Shown: in pieces, positions 30,878-41,694 of the stretch
Position numbering within the stretch: position 1 is the stretch's first letter
How the letters are laid out: each line of letters begins with the position of its first letter
Origin: an uncultured Planctomycetia bacterium
GTDB taxonomy: Bacteria > Omnitrophota > Gorgyraeia > Duberdicusellales > 4484-171
DNA length: 64,000 nt
Reading direction: 5' to 3'
Assembly: GCA_964635565.1 (NCBI GenBank)
Contig: CAZWON010000003.1
Location: forward strand, 5,345 to 69,344
Made by a program: the position numbers and the translations under genes
The notes under the pieces: generated by a model
Databases searched by the model: none
What the model was told of the DNA's origin: nothing
The model's input: the letters and a program-made list of their open reading frames with translations, nothing else

Positions 30878-31930
30878 CCCCTAACTTTACACATACCTTT
30901 CAAAAGTATATGTCAAGTTAACCCTCTAACTTTACATTTAACGTTCAAAAGGTTTTGTAAGGTTTTGTAAAATTAGTGTTTAAAGTGTTATAAATGCTTT
31001 GCCTTGACACATTAAGAATACAAGCGATATCTTTTATACTATATCCCCTTGATTTTAACTGTTCGATTAAATATCTTCGGGCTTGGAATTCATGTGGATG
31101 CTTGAGACGTTTTTTACTCATTACCCTCTCAATATCTACTGCTATATCATTCAAACTGTCTTTTTTTACTTTAAGAAAATTTCTTATTTTCCCAAAAAGC
31201 ATAAGAGAAAATTTCTCGGTAGCCCGATTATCCTCAATAACACTATTGATATTTAGTTTGTATGCTTTATCCATAATCTCCTCGTACATTAGAGAGGCTT
31301 TCCTAAGATCGCAACTTAGTAGCCCCAACACATATTCATAATTTATAAAAGTATTTTTAGGAAGTTTAGAATACGCAGATAAAGATGACCATCTATAATC
31401 TACAAGGGGATTTACTAATCTAGCTTTGTAGGGATTAAGATGAATATACACTGAAACAGTAATAAGATAATTATCATCCAAACATAAAAAGGCTTTATAA
31501 TTACTATAAAAAACATGCCCTTTTCTTTTATATTTGGAGTTAAAATAAAGAGCGTATTTTGTAAAAAGCGACTTCATACCTTCAGAAAGATTAGCACTGT
31601 TAATTTTAACCAGTAAATGAAGATGATTAGGCATAAGACAGAAACAATAAATATCAAAAGAAAACCTCAATTTAGTTTCTTTTAAAATATGAAGAAAGTA
31701 GAGATAGTCTCTATTTTCTAAGAAAAGGATGTCTTTACCTGTAGCTCGCTGAACTATATGATATACATAACCTGCGCAAATAATTTTTTGGTAAGGATTA
31801 GATACGTGCGCAGAGTTTTTTTCTTGTGGGTCCATAAAATATTAAAGGATTATCTCATCTCTTTATACAAAAATCAAGCCAAAATTTCCTAACTTGACAA
31901 AATCTTTTGAACGTTATGTGTCAAGTTAAA
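30878..31930 (-). mobile_element. REP-RAYT-REP-like unit: Y1 transposase gene bracketed by inverted imperfect palindromes
   Basis: Left flank hairpin tgtcaagtt-N8-aactttaca (30911-30936) followed by aacgttcaaaaggttttgt. Right flank hairpin aacttgaca-N19-tgtcaagtt (31892-31928) with cttttgaacgtt in its loop. The left block and the reverse complement of the right block match at about 26 of 30 nt. An extra ctaactttaca copy lies at 30881. Confidence 0.5.
30945..31835 (-). CDS. IS200-like Y1 tyrosine transposase (RAYT/COG1943-like) with a C-terminal DnaA-domain-IV-like HTH
   Basis: YHIVQRATGKDILF start, HxH motif MPNHLHLL, catalytic-Tyr region YIHLNPYKARLV plus YRWSS. C-terminal ~100 aa contain the HTH SIKDIACILNVSRQSIYNTL. 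Confidence 0.75.
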   Translation of the reverse strand: MDPQEKNSAHVSNPYQKIICAGYVYHIVQRATGKDILFLENRDYLYFLHILKETKLRFSFDIYCFCLMPNHLHLLVKINSANLSEGMKSLFTKYALYFNSKYKRKGHVFYSNYKAFLCLDDNYLITVSVYIHLNPYKARLVNPLVDYRWSSLSAYSKLPKNTFINYEYVLGLLSCDLRKASLMYEEIMDKAYKLNINSVIEDNRATEKFSLMLFGKIRNFLKVKKDSLNDIAVDIERVMSKKRLKHPHEFQARRYLIEQLKSRGYSIKDIACILNVSRQSIYNTLNTNFTKPYKTF

Positions 31931-32717
31931 AAGAAGGAGGGTAGTTTTGGAAGTGGCGATATTTAGCGTAACTTACTATCTGATACAGGGAAGAAAAGTA
32001 AGCTACCATAAAACCTACAAACCCATCGCGATATCCTTTCTTCACAAAAAAAGTGCGTACAAATCTATCTATTGTCCGCCATAAAGCATGAATTAAATTC
32101 ATCTTATACTGGGCTTTTTTAAAATCCTCTAAAGATAATTTATACCATTTAAGTGCTTCTAAGGTAGTTTGATTATTAAGTTTCCTCAAATAATCTTCCC
32201 AATTCCGGTAAGTATAGTGAACGATATCACTTTTAAGCCTTCCACAAGCTCCCTTTAGGAATGCCCGTGGATGAACTTCTACTTCTTCCCATCTAAACTT
32301 ATCTTTTCTAAATAGTTTTATCTGAGGGGCAGGATATAACCCTCCCCAGCGTATCCAATAATTTCCTATATAATTTCGACGGGGAACAGTAAAACCACAG
32401 AATTGCGTGTTACTTCTTAAAATATTCCTAATCTCATCTCTCAATCCTTCGGTTACCCTCTCGTCAGCATCTAAACTCAATACCCAATCATTCCTCACTT
32501 TGCTATACGCCCAATTGCGATGTCTGCCTTCTATATCCATCTTTTTTACAAAAACTTTTGCCCCTAAACTTTCCGCAATTTCTTTTGTCCTATCACACGA
32601 CTCATCATCAATAACGACTATCTCATCTACCCACTCAACAACAGATTTTATACAATCAGGAATTCTTTTCTCTTCATTCTTTGTTAAAATAACTACAGAT
32701 ATACGCTCTTTTTCCAT
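31926..32717 (-). CDS. Glycosyltransferase family 2 (LPS-core WaaE/KdtX-like)
   Basis: ISVVILTKNEEKRI...VIDDESCDRT...LDADE GT-A fold motifs (DxD); 263 aa. Confidence 0.78.
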   Translation of the reverse strand: MEKERISVVILTKNEEKRIPDCIKSVVEWVDEIVVIDDESCDRTKEIAESLGAKVFVKKMDIEGRHRNWAYSKVRNDWVLSLDADERVTEGLRDEIRNILRSNTQFCGFTVPRRNYIGNYWIRWGGLYPAPQIKLFRKDKFRWEEVEVHPRAFLKGACGRLKSDIVHYTYRNWEDYLRKLNNQTTLEALKWYKLSLEDFKKAQYKMNLIHALWRTIDRFVRTFFVKKGYRDGFVGFMVAYFSSLYQIVSYAKYRHFQNYPPSF

Positions 32718-32744
32718 AATAGAAACTTCTCTATTTTTATTAAA

Positions 32745-33716
32745 CTATATTATACAATCTTTCTGAGAAGAAATAAAACTCAAAATATCTTCTATTTTAT
32801 CTAAGAAGTCTTTAACTTTTTCCCCTTCTATCACTAAAGAAATTGTCTTATAAGGACCCCAACGATAAGGTGATGTCACCTTAAATAAACCTACAACTGG
32901 CCTTTTAAATATACTGGCAAGGTGCATTGGCCCCGAATCTAAACCAATAAATACTCCGCAATAATATTTAAAAAATACGGCTAAATTTCTCAAAGTAAGC
33001 CTCCCCACAAGATTTATTACTTTAAGGCCTCCTATAAAATCCACACTTTCTTCTTTATCCTCTTCTGTCCCTATAATAACTATTTTATTTTTAATTTTTT
33101 CATTAATCTTCTCTATTAATTTATGCCAAAATTCTTTTTCTATTCTCTTAGCTTGGTGAGAAGAAAAAGGGTGAATAACTACATATTTCTCTCTAAAAAA
33201 TAATTTATTATCTAAAAAATGCAAAGATTCTCTTTTATCAAAAGGAAATTCTAATGAAGGGGCTTTCGTATCTTTACATATCAAACGTACCAAATCTATA
33301 TTATATTCTGCTTCGTGTTTCTTGGATAAATGTTTTCTATCGGTTATTTTTTTGTTCAAACAGAATCCCCATTTTCTATCATAACCCACCCTTAAAGACG
33401 CTCTGCCTAAAAAGGAAGCTAAATGAAACTCTCTTTGGGGATTAAAAACAACCACAGTATCAATACTATATTCCTTAATTATTCCCGCCAACTTAAAAGC
33501 CCCCCTAAGACCTCTAAATTCTTCTTTTTGATAAAAGAGAAATTCGTCTATAAACTCCGTCCCCTTAATAAGCTCAATATTCTCCTCTTTAGCCAATAAA
33601 TATAATTTACTTTCTGGATAGTTAATCTTGATAATCTTTATGGCATAAAGAGTCAACAGAAATTCTCCTAATCTATCTGAGCGAATACACAAAATTCTCC
33701 TTTGCATATTAGACAC
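32745..33716 (-). CDS. Glycosyltransferase family 9 (heptosyltransferase-like)
   Basis: ILCIRSDRLGEFLLTLYAIKII N-terminus and C-terminal GxDSGPMHLA motif (GLDSGPMHLA). Confidence 0.8.
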   Translation of the reverse strand: MSNMQRRILCIRSDRLGEFLLTLYAIKIIKINYPESKLYLLAKEENIELIKGTEFIDEFLFYQKEEFRGLRGAFKLAGIIKEYSIDTVVVFNPQREFHLASFLGRASLRVGYDRKWGFCLNKKITDRKHLSKKHEAEYNIDLVRLICKDTKAPSLEFPFDKRESLHFLDNKLFFREKYVVIHPFSSHQAKRIEKEFWHKLIEKINEKIKNKIVIIGTEEDKEESVDFIGGLKVINLVGRLTLRNLAVFFKYYCGVFIGLDSGPMHLASIFKRPVVGLFKVTSPYRWGPYKTISLVIEGEKVKDFLDKIEDILSFISSQKDCII

Positions 33717-33841
33717 TTATATTAATTTAGTTTTAGCATCAAGGGAAAGATACTTTTATCAAAAGATAAACAGCAGAATTTATCTTAAATGTATATATTT
33801 GGTAACATAACACAAATTCATAAAGATACTTATAGCCAAAA

Positions 33842-35104
<1,263 letters not shown>

Positions 35105-36334
35105 CTAAGGCTGCATGGTAAAAAGCTCTTTTGCAATATCAGGATATTGAGCAATAAACTTCAATTCCTCTTCTACCAAAGGCTTCTGATTATGAACATT
35201 GGCATAACGCGCTAACTCTAAAATTTCTCTTGCTTCTTTATCATCCTTAAACTTTATTTCTAACTTCTCATAAACATTTCTAAAGCCTTTTATCCCCGAA
35301 TATTCTCCCACAGTAATTTTTCTTCCTGTATCAATAACTTCAGGCTCCCCTCTACCTAATTCTTCAAAATCATACAACTCATAATTTCTTCTATCCTTCA
35401 ACGTCCCATCTGCATGAATTCCTGACTCATGAGCAAAAGCATTAGCTCCTACTCCAGGATGGTTAATGGAGATAGGTATCCCAAAAGCATAGGAGGCATA
35501 TTTAGAAATACGCCAGGCCATTTTGAGATTAATGCGTTCATCTAAGTGGTAATTCTGCGTTCCGCTACCATATTTCAAGGCTAAAATTACACTCACCAGG
35601 TCCGCATTACCAGCACGTTCTCCTACACCATTTATGCAGGTATTGATATAAACATCTACCCCCCCTTCCAGAGCAGCTTTAGCTGCTGCCACAGAAGAAG
35701 CCACAGCAAGGCCCAAATCATTATGGCAATGCACCTCAATGCCAATTTTAACCTTATCCACAATATATCTTACCCTTTCATATATAGAAAATGGTGTATC
35801 AAACCCTAATGTATCGCAGTAACGAAACCGTTCTCCTCCTGCCTCTTTTGCTGCCTCTACAAACTCAACAAGATATTCTAACCGGCTACGAGAAGCATCT
35901 TCCGCATTAACTCCTACAGCTTTAGCACCTAACTTTTTGGCCAATTTTACCGCCTCTACCATACTTTTTATTACCCCATCATAATCTAATTTACCCTGAA
36001 ATTTGTGCTTAATCATCTGGTCAGAAGTAGAAATGGAAAGATTCAGATGTTCAAGATGTTTTACATTCCTAAAAGCCAGCTCTACATCCTGTTCTATAGC
36101 TCTTATCCATCCCGAAAGTCGCAAATTTTCAATTACTTTCTTCCGCTGTAGTTTCAGATTAGCATTGAGATAATTAATCTCATGATTAGTAGTAGGAAAA
36201 CCAAATTCACTCTGGAAAATCCCCATTTTATCCAAGTATATATTAATTATTGTTTTCTGCAATTTGGATAGACATATACGCGATGTCTGTACTCCATCCC
36301 GATTAGTAACATCAATAATATATATCTTTGGCAT
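35105..36334 (-). CDS. LeuA/NifV/CimA family (HMGL-like) synthase, short form without regulatory domain
   Basis: IIDVTNRDGVQ (DTTLRDGEQ-like), HCHNDLGLAVA, C-terminal subdomain resembling the homocitrate/citramalate synthase C-terminus; 409 aa. No leuBCD nearby. Confidence 0.6.
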   Translation of the reverse strand: MPKIYIIDVTNRDGVQTSRICLSKLQKTIINIYLDKMGIFQSEFGFPTTNHEINYLNANLKLQRKKVIENLRLSGWIRAIEQDVELAFRNVKHLEHLNLSISTSDQMIKHKFQGKLDYDGVIKSMVEAVKLAKKLGAKAVGVNAEDASRSRLEYLVEFVEAAKEAGGERFRYCDTLGFDTPFSIYERVRYIVDKVKIGIEVHCHNDLGLAVASSVAAAKAALEGGVDVYINTCINGVGERAGNADLVSVILALKYGSGTQNYHLDERINLKMAWRISKYASYAFGIPISINHPGVGANAFAHESGIHADGTLKDRRNYELYDFEELGRGEPEVIDTGRKITVGEYSGIKGFRNVYEKLEIKFKDDKEAREILELARYANVHNQKPLVEEELKFIAQYPDIAKELFTMQP

Positions 36335-36337
36335 CCT

Positions 36338-38086
36338 TCACCTCCTCAATAGCTCACTTAAATTCTCCTCTTTTATTTTATACGCTCTAAATATATACTT
36401 ATTATTTATTAATAAAGCTATTCCCTTATCTATCCCTAATTGAGAAATCAACTTATCATTGTCTTTAAGCATATTTTTTATTTTATTAGAATTTATGAAT
36501 CCTGCTATTTTTTTATAATCAATACCTAAACTATCCATCACTTCTACCCACCAACTGCTACTTATATTACTAAGACGCATCATAAGATAACTAAAGAACT
36601 TATCAGGATAAAGATACTTTACCGCTAACATTCTTTTTGTCTCTTCTTTCTCAAAAGATGCTTCTAAGGATTTATCTTCTTTAGGTGGGTAAATAAAATA
36701 AATATTTAAAGCTACCTTCTTCTTGTCACAAAAGTTTTTTAATTCTCTAAGTACACTGAAACAATTATGGTCATAAATACTAAAAAATACATCAATATTA
36801 TTTGGTATCTTTTTCCGATTAAGAAAAAGAAACATTCCTGAGAGATCATTTTTAATGAGAAATTTATCGCCTTTGTCTTCCAAAAAATTACTCACTTTAG
36901 AAAAAACATTTTCTTCCTCTATTGTTTTAGGAACAATAAAAGCAGGTAAATAATTTATACCATACTTTTTTATTAATTGTCGTGCTTCTTTAGTCCGATA
37001 ATCAATTATTCTAAAATTTACACCTGCAAATATTTTTTTAAGATATTCTTCTGTAAAACGTGTAACACAAAAAGAGCACTGCTTATCTGTAATAATGATA
37101 ATATCAATTTCTTTAGCTTCTACATAGATACAGCGAGCAAAAAGAGTACCCGGATTATCACATTGAACAACTAACCTTTCCTTAGAAGGGCAATCTTTAT
37201 CAGAAAAACATTGAGGGAAAAATTTTTTAATCTCTCTGTCCTCTTCTACTGTAAGAGGTAAAAGCTCCTTCTTTAAACTGTATTCTTCAATCCTGTTGTT
37301 TCTCATTTCAATATCTAAAATATCTAAACTCTTTGCTTCATAAGACGGCTTTAGAATTAACGTGTTATTAACCTTATTCTTAGAATATGCTGCCTTTCTA
37401 CCCCCTGAACTAATAATAAAACGTATATCTTTAAAATTATTAGCTATTTCTTCATTAATGTAATCAGGCATACTAGAAAGTAAAATAATAAAATCAACCT
37501 TATCTTTAATCTCCTTAACTACTTTTTCTAAAGAAATCCTATAATCTTTTTGGGAAAGATTATTCTTATTTAACACCTCTGAATCAGTAATACCTACGAT
37601 TCCTACTTTAGCACTGTGGATATCTTTTATAATATAAGCTCGTACCCCTTCTAGAGAGATATTACAAGAGACAAAAGGAAGGCTATATTTCTTAATAATC
37701 TCTTTAAGAAATTCAATACCGAAATTAAACTCTGCCTCGCCAATTGCAATAGCATCATACTTCAGCTTATTTAGAATCCTTAAGTAGTAAGTGGTTCTTT
37801 TTTTGTCTAAGCTTGCATTGATACGAGAAGAATCAAGAAATCCCCCTGCAGTAAAATTACCTGCATCAACAAGCAGTAAACTCTTTTCTTTCTTACGCAA
37901 GCGTTTAATAACTTTCGAGCGCCTCGTAACTCCTCCTGAACTACCAGGACAATAGCCACAAGGATATAAAGAGGAATAAGTATTGCCAGTGTAAACTATA
38001 GAAAGTCTCTCGCCAAAAAGAGGCAAACATATACCCCCACTAATCCAAAATATAACTATAATAACTATAATTTTTTTTATCGCCAT
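36338..38086 (-). CDS. Secreted or membrane-anchored hypothetical protein: 5'-nucleotidase-type metallophosphatase-like N-domain with substituted metal ligands plus thioredoxin-like CxxC region
   Basis: N-terminal TM/signal. SIVYTGNTYSSL...LLLVDAGNFTAGG...YDAIAIGEAEFNFG parallels the HTNDLHG...DAGDxxQG...GNHEF motifs of the 5'-NT/CapA family, but the D/H/N ligands are replaced. C-terminal part has CSFC and other Cys pairs. Confidence 0.4.
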   Translation of the reverse strand: MAIKKIIVIIVIFWISGGICLPLFGERLSIVYTGNTYSSLYPCGYCPGSSGGVTRRSKVIKRLRKKEKSLLLVDAGNFTAGGFLDSSRINASLDKKRTTYYLRILNKLKYDAIAIGEAEFNFGIEFLKEIIKKYSLPFVSCNISLEGVRAYIIKDIHSAKVGIVGITDSEVLNKNNLSQKDYRISLEKVVKEIKDKVDFIILLSSMPDYINEEIANNFKDIRFIISSGGRKAAYSKNKVNNTLILKPSYEAKSLDILDIEMRNNRIEEYSLKKELLPLTVEEDREIKKFFPQCFSDKDCPSKERLVVQCDNPGTLFARCIYVEAKEIDIIIITDKQCSFCVTRFTEEYLKKIFAGVNFRIIDYRTKEARQLIKKYGINYLPAFIVPKTIEEENVFSKVSNFLEDKGDKFLIKNDLSGMFLFLNRKKIPNNIDVFFSIYDHNCFSVLRELKNFCDKKKVALNIYFIYPPKEDKSLEASFEKEETKRMLAVKYLYPDKFFSYLMMRLSNISSSWWVEVMDSLGIDYKKIAGFINSNKIKNMLKDNDKLISQLGIDKGIALLINNKYIFRAYKIKEENLSELLRR

Positions 38087-38091
38087 ATTTT

Positions 38092-39678
38092 TTAATCCTT
38101 AAGTACAATGAATTTTAAAGAGATAATATTTGGATTTGCTTTAATATCATTTATAACATCCTCTTTTAAGGGGGTATCTACATTAAGAACGGTTATAGCC
38201 ATATTTTCTTTTTTCTTTCTCCCTAAACTCATATTAGCAATGTTAACGTTATGGTTACCCAGAACTGTACCTAAATTTCCTATAACCCCTGGTCTATCCT
38301 GATTCTTTACTACTACCATATATTCAGAAGGAGCTATTTCAATATACACATCATCCATTTTTACAAAACGTGCTTCTCTATTAGCAAAAAGAGTTCCTTC
38401 TAAAAGCCTTTCTTCCTTAGATGTTTTTACTTCCGCTCTTATAGAATTTACATACTCCTGTTCTCTATCTATCTTAACCTGCTCTATTTTTATTTTTCGT
38501 TCTTTGGCTATTCCTAAGGAATTAATATAATTTACATTTTCTTCCAAAATAGTAGAAAGAAATCCTTTGGTAAATGCCATAGTAAGAGGATCCACCTTAA
38601 AAGAAGCAATTTCACCTATATAATAAATCTTAATCTCTTGAGTTGCTCCACTAACTAATTGGGAAAGAAACTTACCCATTTTCTCTGCCAAAACTATATA
38701 GGGAAAAACAACTTTATAAACTTCAGGCTCCATCTGAACATAATTTACAGCATTACGAATAGCTTTCCCCAGCAAAGCATCTTTTATACAATGAGCGATT
38801 TCTACTGCAACATTTACTTGAGCTTCCTGCGTCGATGCTCCCAGATGAGGAGTAACCACGATGTTGTCTAACTCCAGAAGTTTAGAATCTACGGGAGGTT
38901 CTTTCTCAAAAACATCTAATGCTGCCCCAGAAATTTTCTTATCCTTCAGAAATTTATAAAGTGCCTCTTCATCTATTATCCCTCCCCGAGCACAATTAAT
39001 GATAAATGCTGTAGGTTTCATTAAAGATAACTCTTTATAAGAAATTAATCCTTTTGTCTCACCTGTTAAAGGGGTGTGAATTGTGACAATATCAGATTTT
39101 CTTAGTAACTCTTCTAATGCTACAATCTTAACTCCGATACTATCTGCTACTTCTTGAGTAATAAAAGGGTCACAAGTTAAAACTTCCATACCAAAAGCAC
39201 TTGCTCTTTTAGCAACCTCTTTTCCTATACGACCTAATCCAATAATCCCCAATATCTTACCATATATTTCTGTTCCTTTAAATTTAGAACGGTTCCAATC
39301 TCCTTTTTTAAGAGAAAAATGACCAAAAGGAACTTTCCGTGCTAAAGATAAAATAAGAGCAAATGTATGTTCACACGTAGAAATGGTATTTCCACCAGGA
39401 GCATTCATAACAATAATACCTTTCTTAGTAGCTGTAAGAACATCTACATTATCCAAACCCACACCTGCTCTCCCAATCACTTTAAGAGACGAAGCTCTTT
39501 CAATTACATCGCTGGTTAGTTTAGTCTGACTACGGACGATAATCGCTTCATAATCTTTAATAACCTTCATCAACTCTTCCTTATCTAAACCTATTTTGCA
39601 ATCTACCTCAAAACCACTGTCTTTTAATATATCTATCCCTTCATGAGCCAACTTATCAGCCACCAAAACTTTCGCCAT
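38092..39678 (-). CDS. serA: D-3-phosphoglycerate dehydrogenase with C-terminal ACT domain
   Basis: [10 protein letters not shown]...[12 protein letters not shown]...[10 protein letters not shown] Rossmann motif; 528 aa. Confidence 0.9.
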   Translation of the reverse strand: MAKVLVADKLAHEGIDILKDSGFEVDCKIGLDKEELMKVIKDYEAIIVRSQTKLTSDVIERASSLKVIGRAGVGLDNVDVLTATKKGIIVMNAPGGNTISTCEHTFALILSLARKVPFGHFSLKKGDWNRSKFKGTEIYGKILGIIGLGRIGKEVAKRASAFGMEVLTCDPFITQEVADSIGVKIVALEELLRKSDIVTIHTPLTGETKGLISYKELSLMKPTAFIINCARGGIIDEEALYKFLKDKKISGAALDVFEKEPPVDSKLLELDNIVVTPHLGASTQEAQVNVAVEIAHCIKDALLGKAIRNAVNYVQMEPEVYKVVFPYIVLAEKMGKFLSQLVSGATQEIKIYYIGEIASFKVDPLTMAFTKGFLSTILEENVNYINSLGIAKERKIKIEQVKIDREQEYVNSIRAEVKTSKEERLLEGTLFANREARFVKMDDVYIEIAPSEYMVVVKNQDRPGVIGNLGTVLGNHNVNIANMSLGRKKKENMAITVLNVDTPLKEDVINDIKANPNIISLKFIVLKD

Positions 39679-40801
39679 AATAAACCTCCTGCAATTTAGC
39701 TAAAGATGCACCTAAATCTAATTTATAGCCCATTTCTCTAAGAGCTTTTTCTAAAAAACAAAATCCTATCACTAAATCATCAATATCCACCGCTCCCATA
39801 TGAGCAATTCTAATAATTTTATCTTTTAAATGTTCTTGCCCTCCTGCAATGCTTACCCCATAATCCTTTCTTAATTTTTTAACTAAAAGTGAAGTTGTTA
39901 TTCCAGAAACCGTAAGAGCGGTAACCGAAGAAGAAGGGTTTTTAGAAAACGTCTCTAAACCAATTGCCCGCGCCGCTTCACGTGTAGCAAAAGCAAGTTT
40001 CTTAAATTTTTCCCATCGATTTTCTAAACCTTCCTCTCTTATAATATCAATTGCTTTCTCTAAACCCCTAATTAGAGATACACTGGGTGTAAAGGAAGTA
40101 TCATTCTTACCATAACTCTTTAAAGCTTTAGACAAATTATAATAATACTTAGGAAGATTGGATATTGTCAAAAACTTCTCTGCTTTCTTACTAATACTTA
40201 TAAAAGAAAGACCTGGTGGCAACATAAGTCCTTTTTGTGAACCACCTACTACTACATCTACTCCCCAAGCATCTGTTAAAAGTCTATCTTGACCCAAGCC
40301 ACTTATGGCATCCACAATAAGAATTGTATCCTTATTTTTTAAAATCTCACCCATTTCTTTAACATCATAAACTGTTGCTGTTGACGTCTCGCAGAGAGTA
40401 GTGAATACTGCTTTAACATCTGGATTTTTGTCCAGAAGTTCTCTTATATCCTCAATAGAAGGAGCCATACCCCATTCTATATTAAGCTCTAACACATTAA
40501 GACCATAAGTATAACCAATTTCTGCCCATCTTTTACCAAATTTACCTCCTACAATTACTATTACTTTATCATTTAAAGAACAAAAATTAGAAACCGCTGC
40601 TTCCATAGCTCCTGTACCTGAAGAGGCAAAAATAACAACCGGATTATCTGTGCAAAAAATATACTTAAGGCCTTCGGAAGTTTTTTTTAAAATATCTCTA
40701 AATTCATCGGTGCGATGATGAATTATCTCCTTTGATAAAACCTCCCTAATAGAAGAAGGTACTCTCGTAGGGCCTGGCGTAAGAAGGTATTTACTTCTCA
40801 T
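39656..40801 (-). CDS. Class V aminotransferase (AGXT/serine-pyruvate type; probable phosphoserine aminotransferase partner of serA)
   Basis: LLTPGPTRVPSSI N-terminus typical of the AGXT-like class V family; 381 aa; immediately downstream of serA. Confidence 0.72.
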   Translation of the reverse strand: MRSKYLLTPGPTRVPSSIREVLSKEIIHHRTDEFRDILKKTSEGLKYIFCTDNPVVIFASSGTGAMEAAVSNFCSLNDKVIVIVGGKFGKRWAEIGYTYGLNVLELNIEWGMAPSIEDIRELLDKNPDVKAVFTTLCETSTATVYDVKEMGEILKNKDTILIVDAISGLGQDRLLTDAWGVDVVVGGSQKGLMLPPGLSFISISKKAEKFLTISNLPKYYYNLSKALKSYGKNDTSFTPSVSLIRGLEKAIDIIREEGLENRWEKFKKLAFATREAARAIGLETFSKNPSSSVTALTVSGITTSLLVKKLRKDYGVSIAGGQEHLKDKIIRIAHMGAVDIDDLVIGFCFLEKALREMGYKLDLGASLAKLQEVYYGESFGG

Positions 40802-40839
40802 GCTCCCTCCTCAATTTAAACTGATTATAATACGAACAC

Positions 40840-41442
40840 CTATTTTTTATCTTGAGGCTGAATAACCTCATCAACAACCCCGTAATCCTTTGCTTCCTGA
40901 GCACTCATAAAATAATCCCGATCTGTATCCTCTTTAATTTTTTCTATAGGATTGTTGGTGTGAAAAGCAAGAATCTCGTTTACTTTTTCTCTTAATCTTA
41001 ATATTTCTTTAGTTTGCCGGGAAATATCTTCCGCAGAACCCTGAACACCTCCCCAAGGCTGGTGAATCATAATACGCGAATTGGGAAGAGCAAAACGCTT
41101 TCCTTTTTTGCCTGCGCATAAAAGAAGAGCACCTAACGATGCTGCTTGTCCTACACAATAAGTAGCGACGTCACATTTAACAAATTGCATTGTATCGTAA
41201 ATTGCTAATCCTGCAGTAATTGACCCTCCAGGAGTATTTATATAAATATTTATATCTTTATTCACATCTTCCATCTGTAAGAATAACATTTGCGCAATTA
41301 CCACATTAGCAACGTTATCATCTACAGCTGTTCCTACAAAAATTATTCTATCCTTAAGAAGTCTTGAATATATATCATAAGCTCTTTCAACTCTTCCTGT
41401 CTGCTCAATCACCATGGGAATATAATATTGATTTCTCATCAC
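40840..41442 (-). CDS. clpP: ATP-dependent Clp protease proteolytic subunit
   Basis: [16 protein letters not shown]...; catalytic Ser context [11 protein letters not shown]; 200 aa. Confidence 0.9.
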   Translation of the reverse strand: MMRNQYYIPMVIEQTGRVERAYDIYSRLLKDRIIFVGTAVDDNVANVVIAQMLFLQMEDVNKDINIYINTPGGSITAGLAIYDTMQFVKCDVATYCVGQAASLGALLLCAGKKGKRFALPNSRIMIHQPWGGVQGSAEDISRQTKEILRLREKVNEILAFHTNNPIEKIKEDTDRDYFMSAQEAKDYGVVDEVIQPQDKK

Positions 41443-41694
41443 TGCCTCCTTTCAGGAAATAAATAAAAAATCCTCTTATCTTTTATTTTGTATACCACTT
41501 ATATAACAAAATATATTTATCGTTGGTAATTATCTTCTCCTGAATAGATTCTTTTGTGATTTTCCTCTTATTTTTGTTTTATTTAATGGTATTTGCAACG
41601 CTAAGGGATTTTTGTATTTTATCTGTGGGAATCATTTAAACTTTCCAATTTTTCTTTCCTTACCAAGTTTTTTTATCCTCTCTCATCAGCTCTA

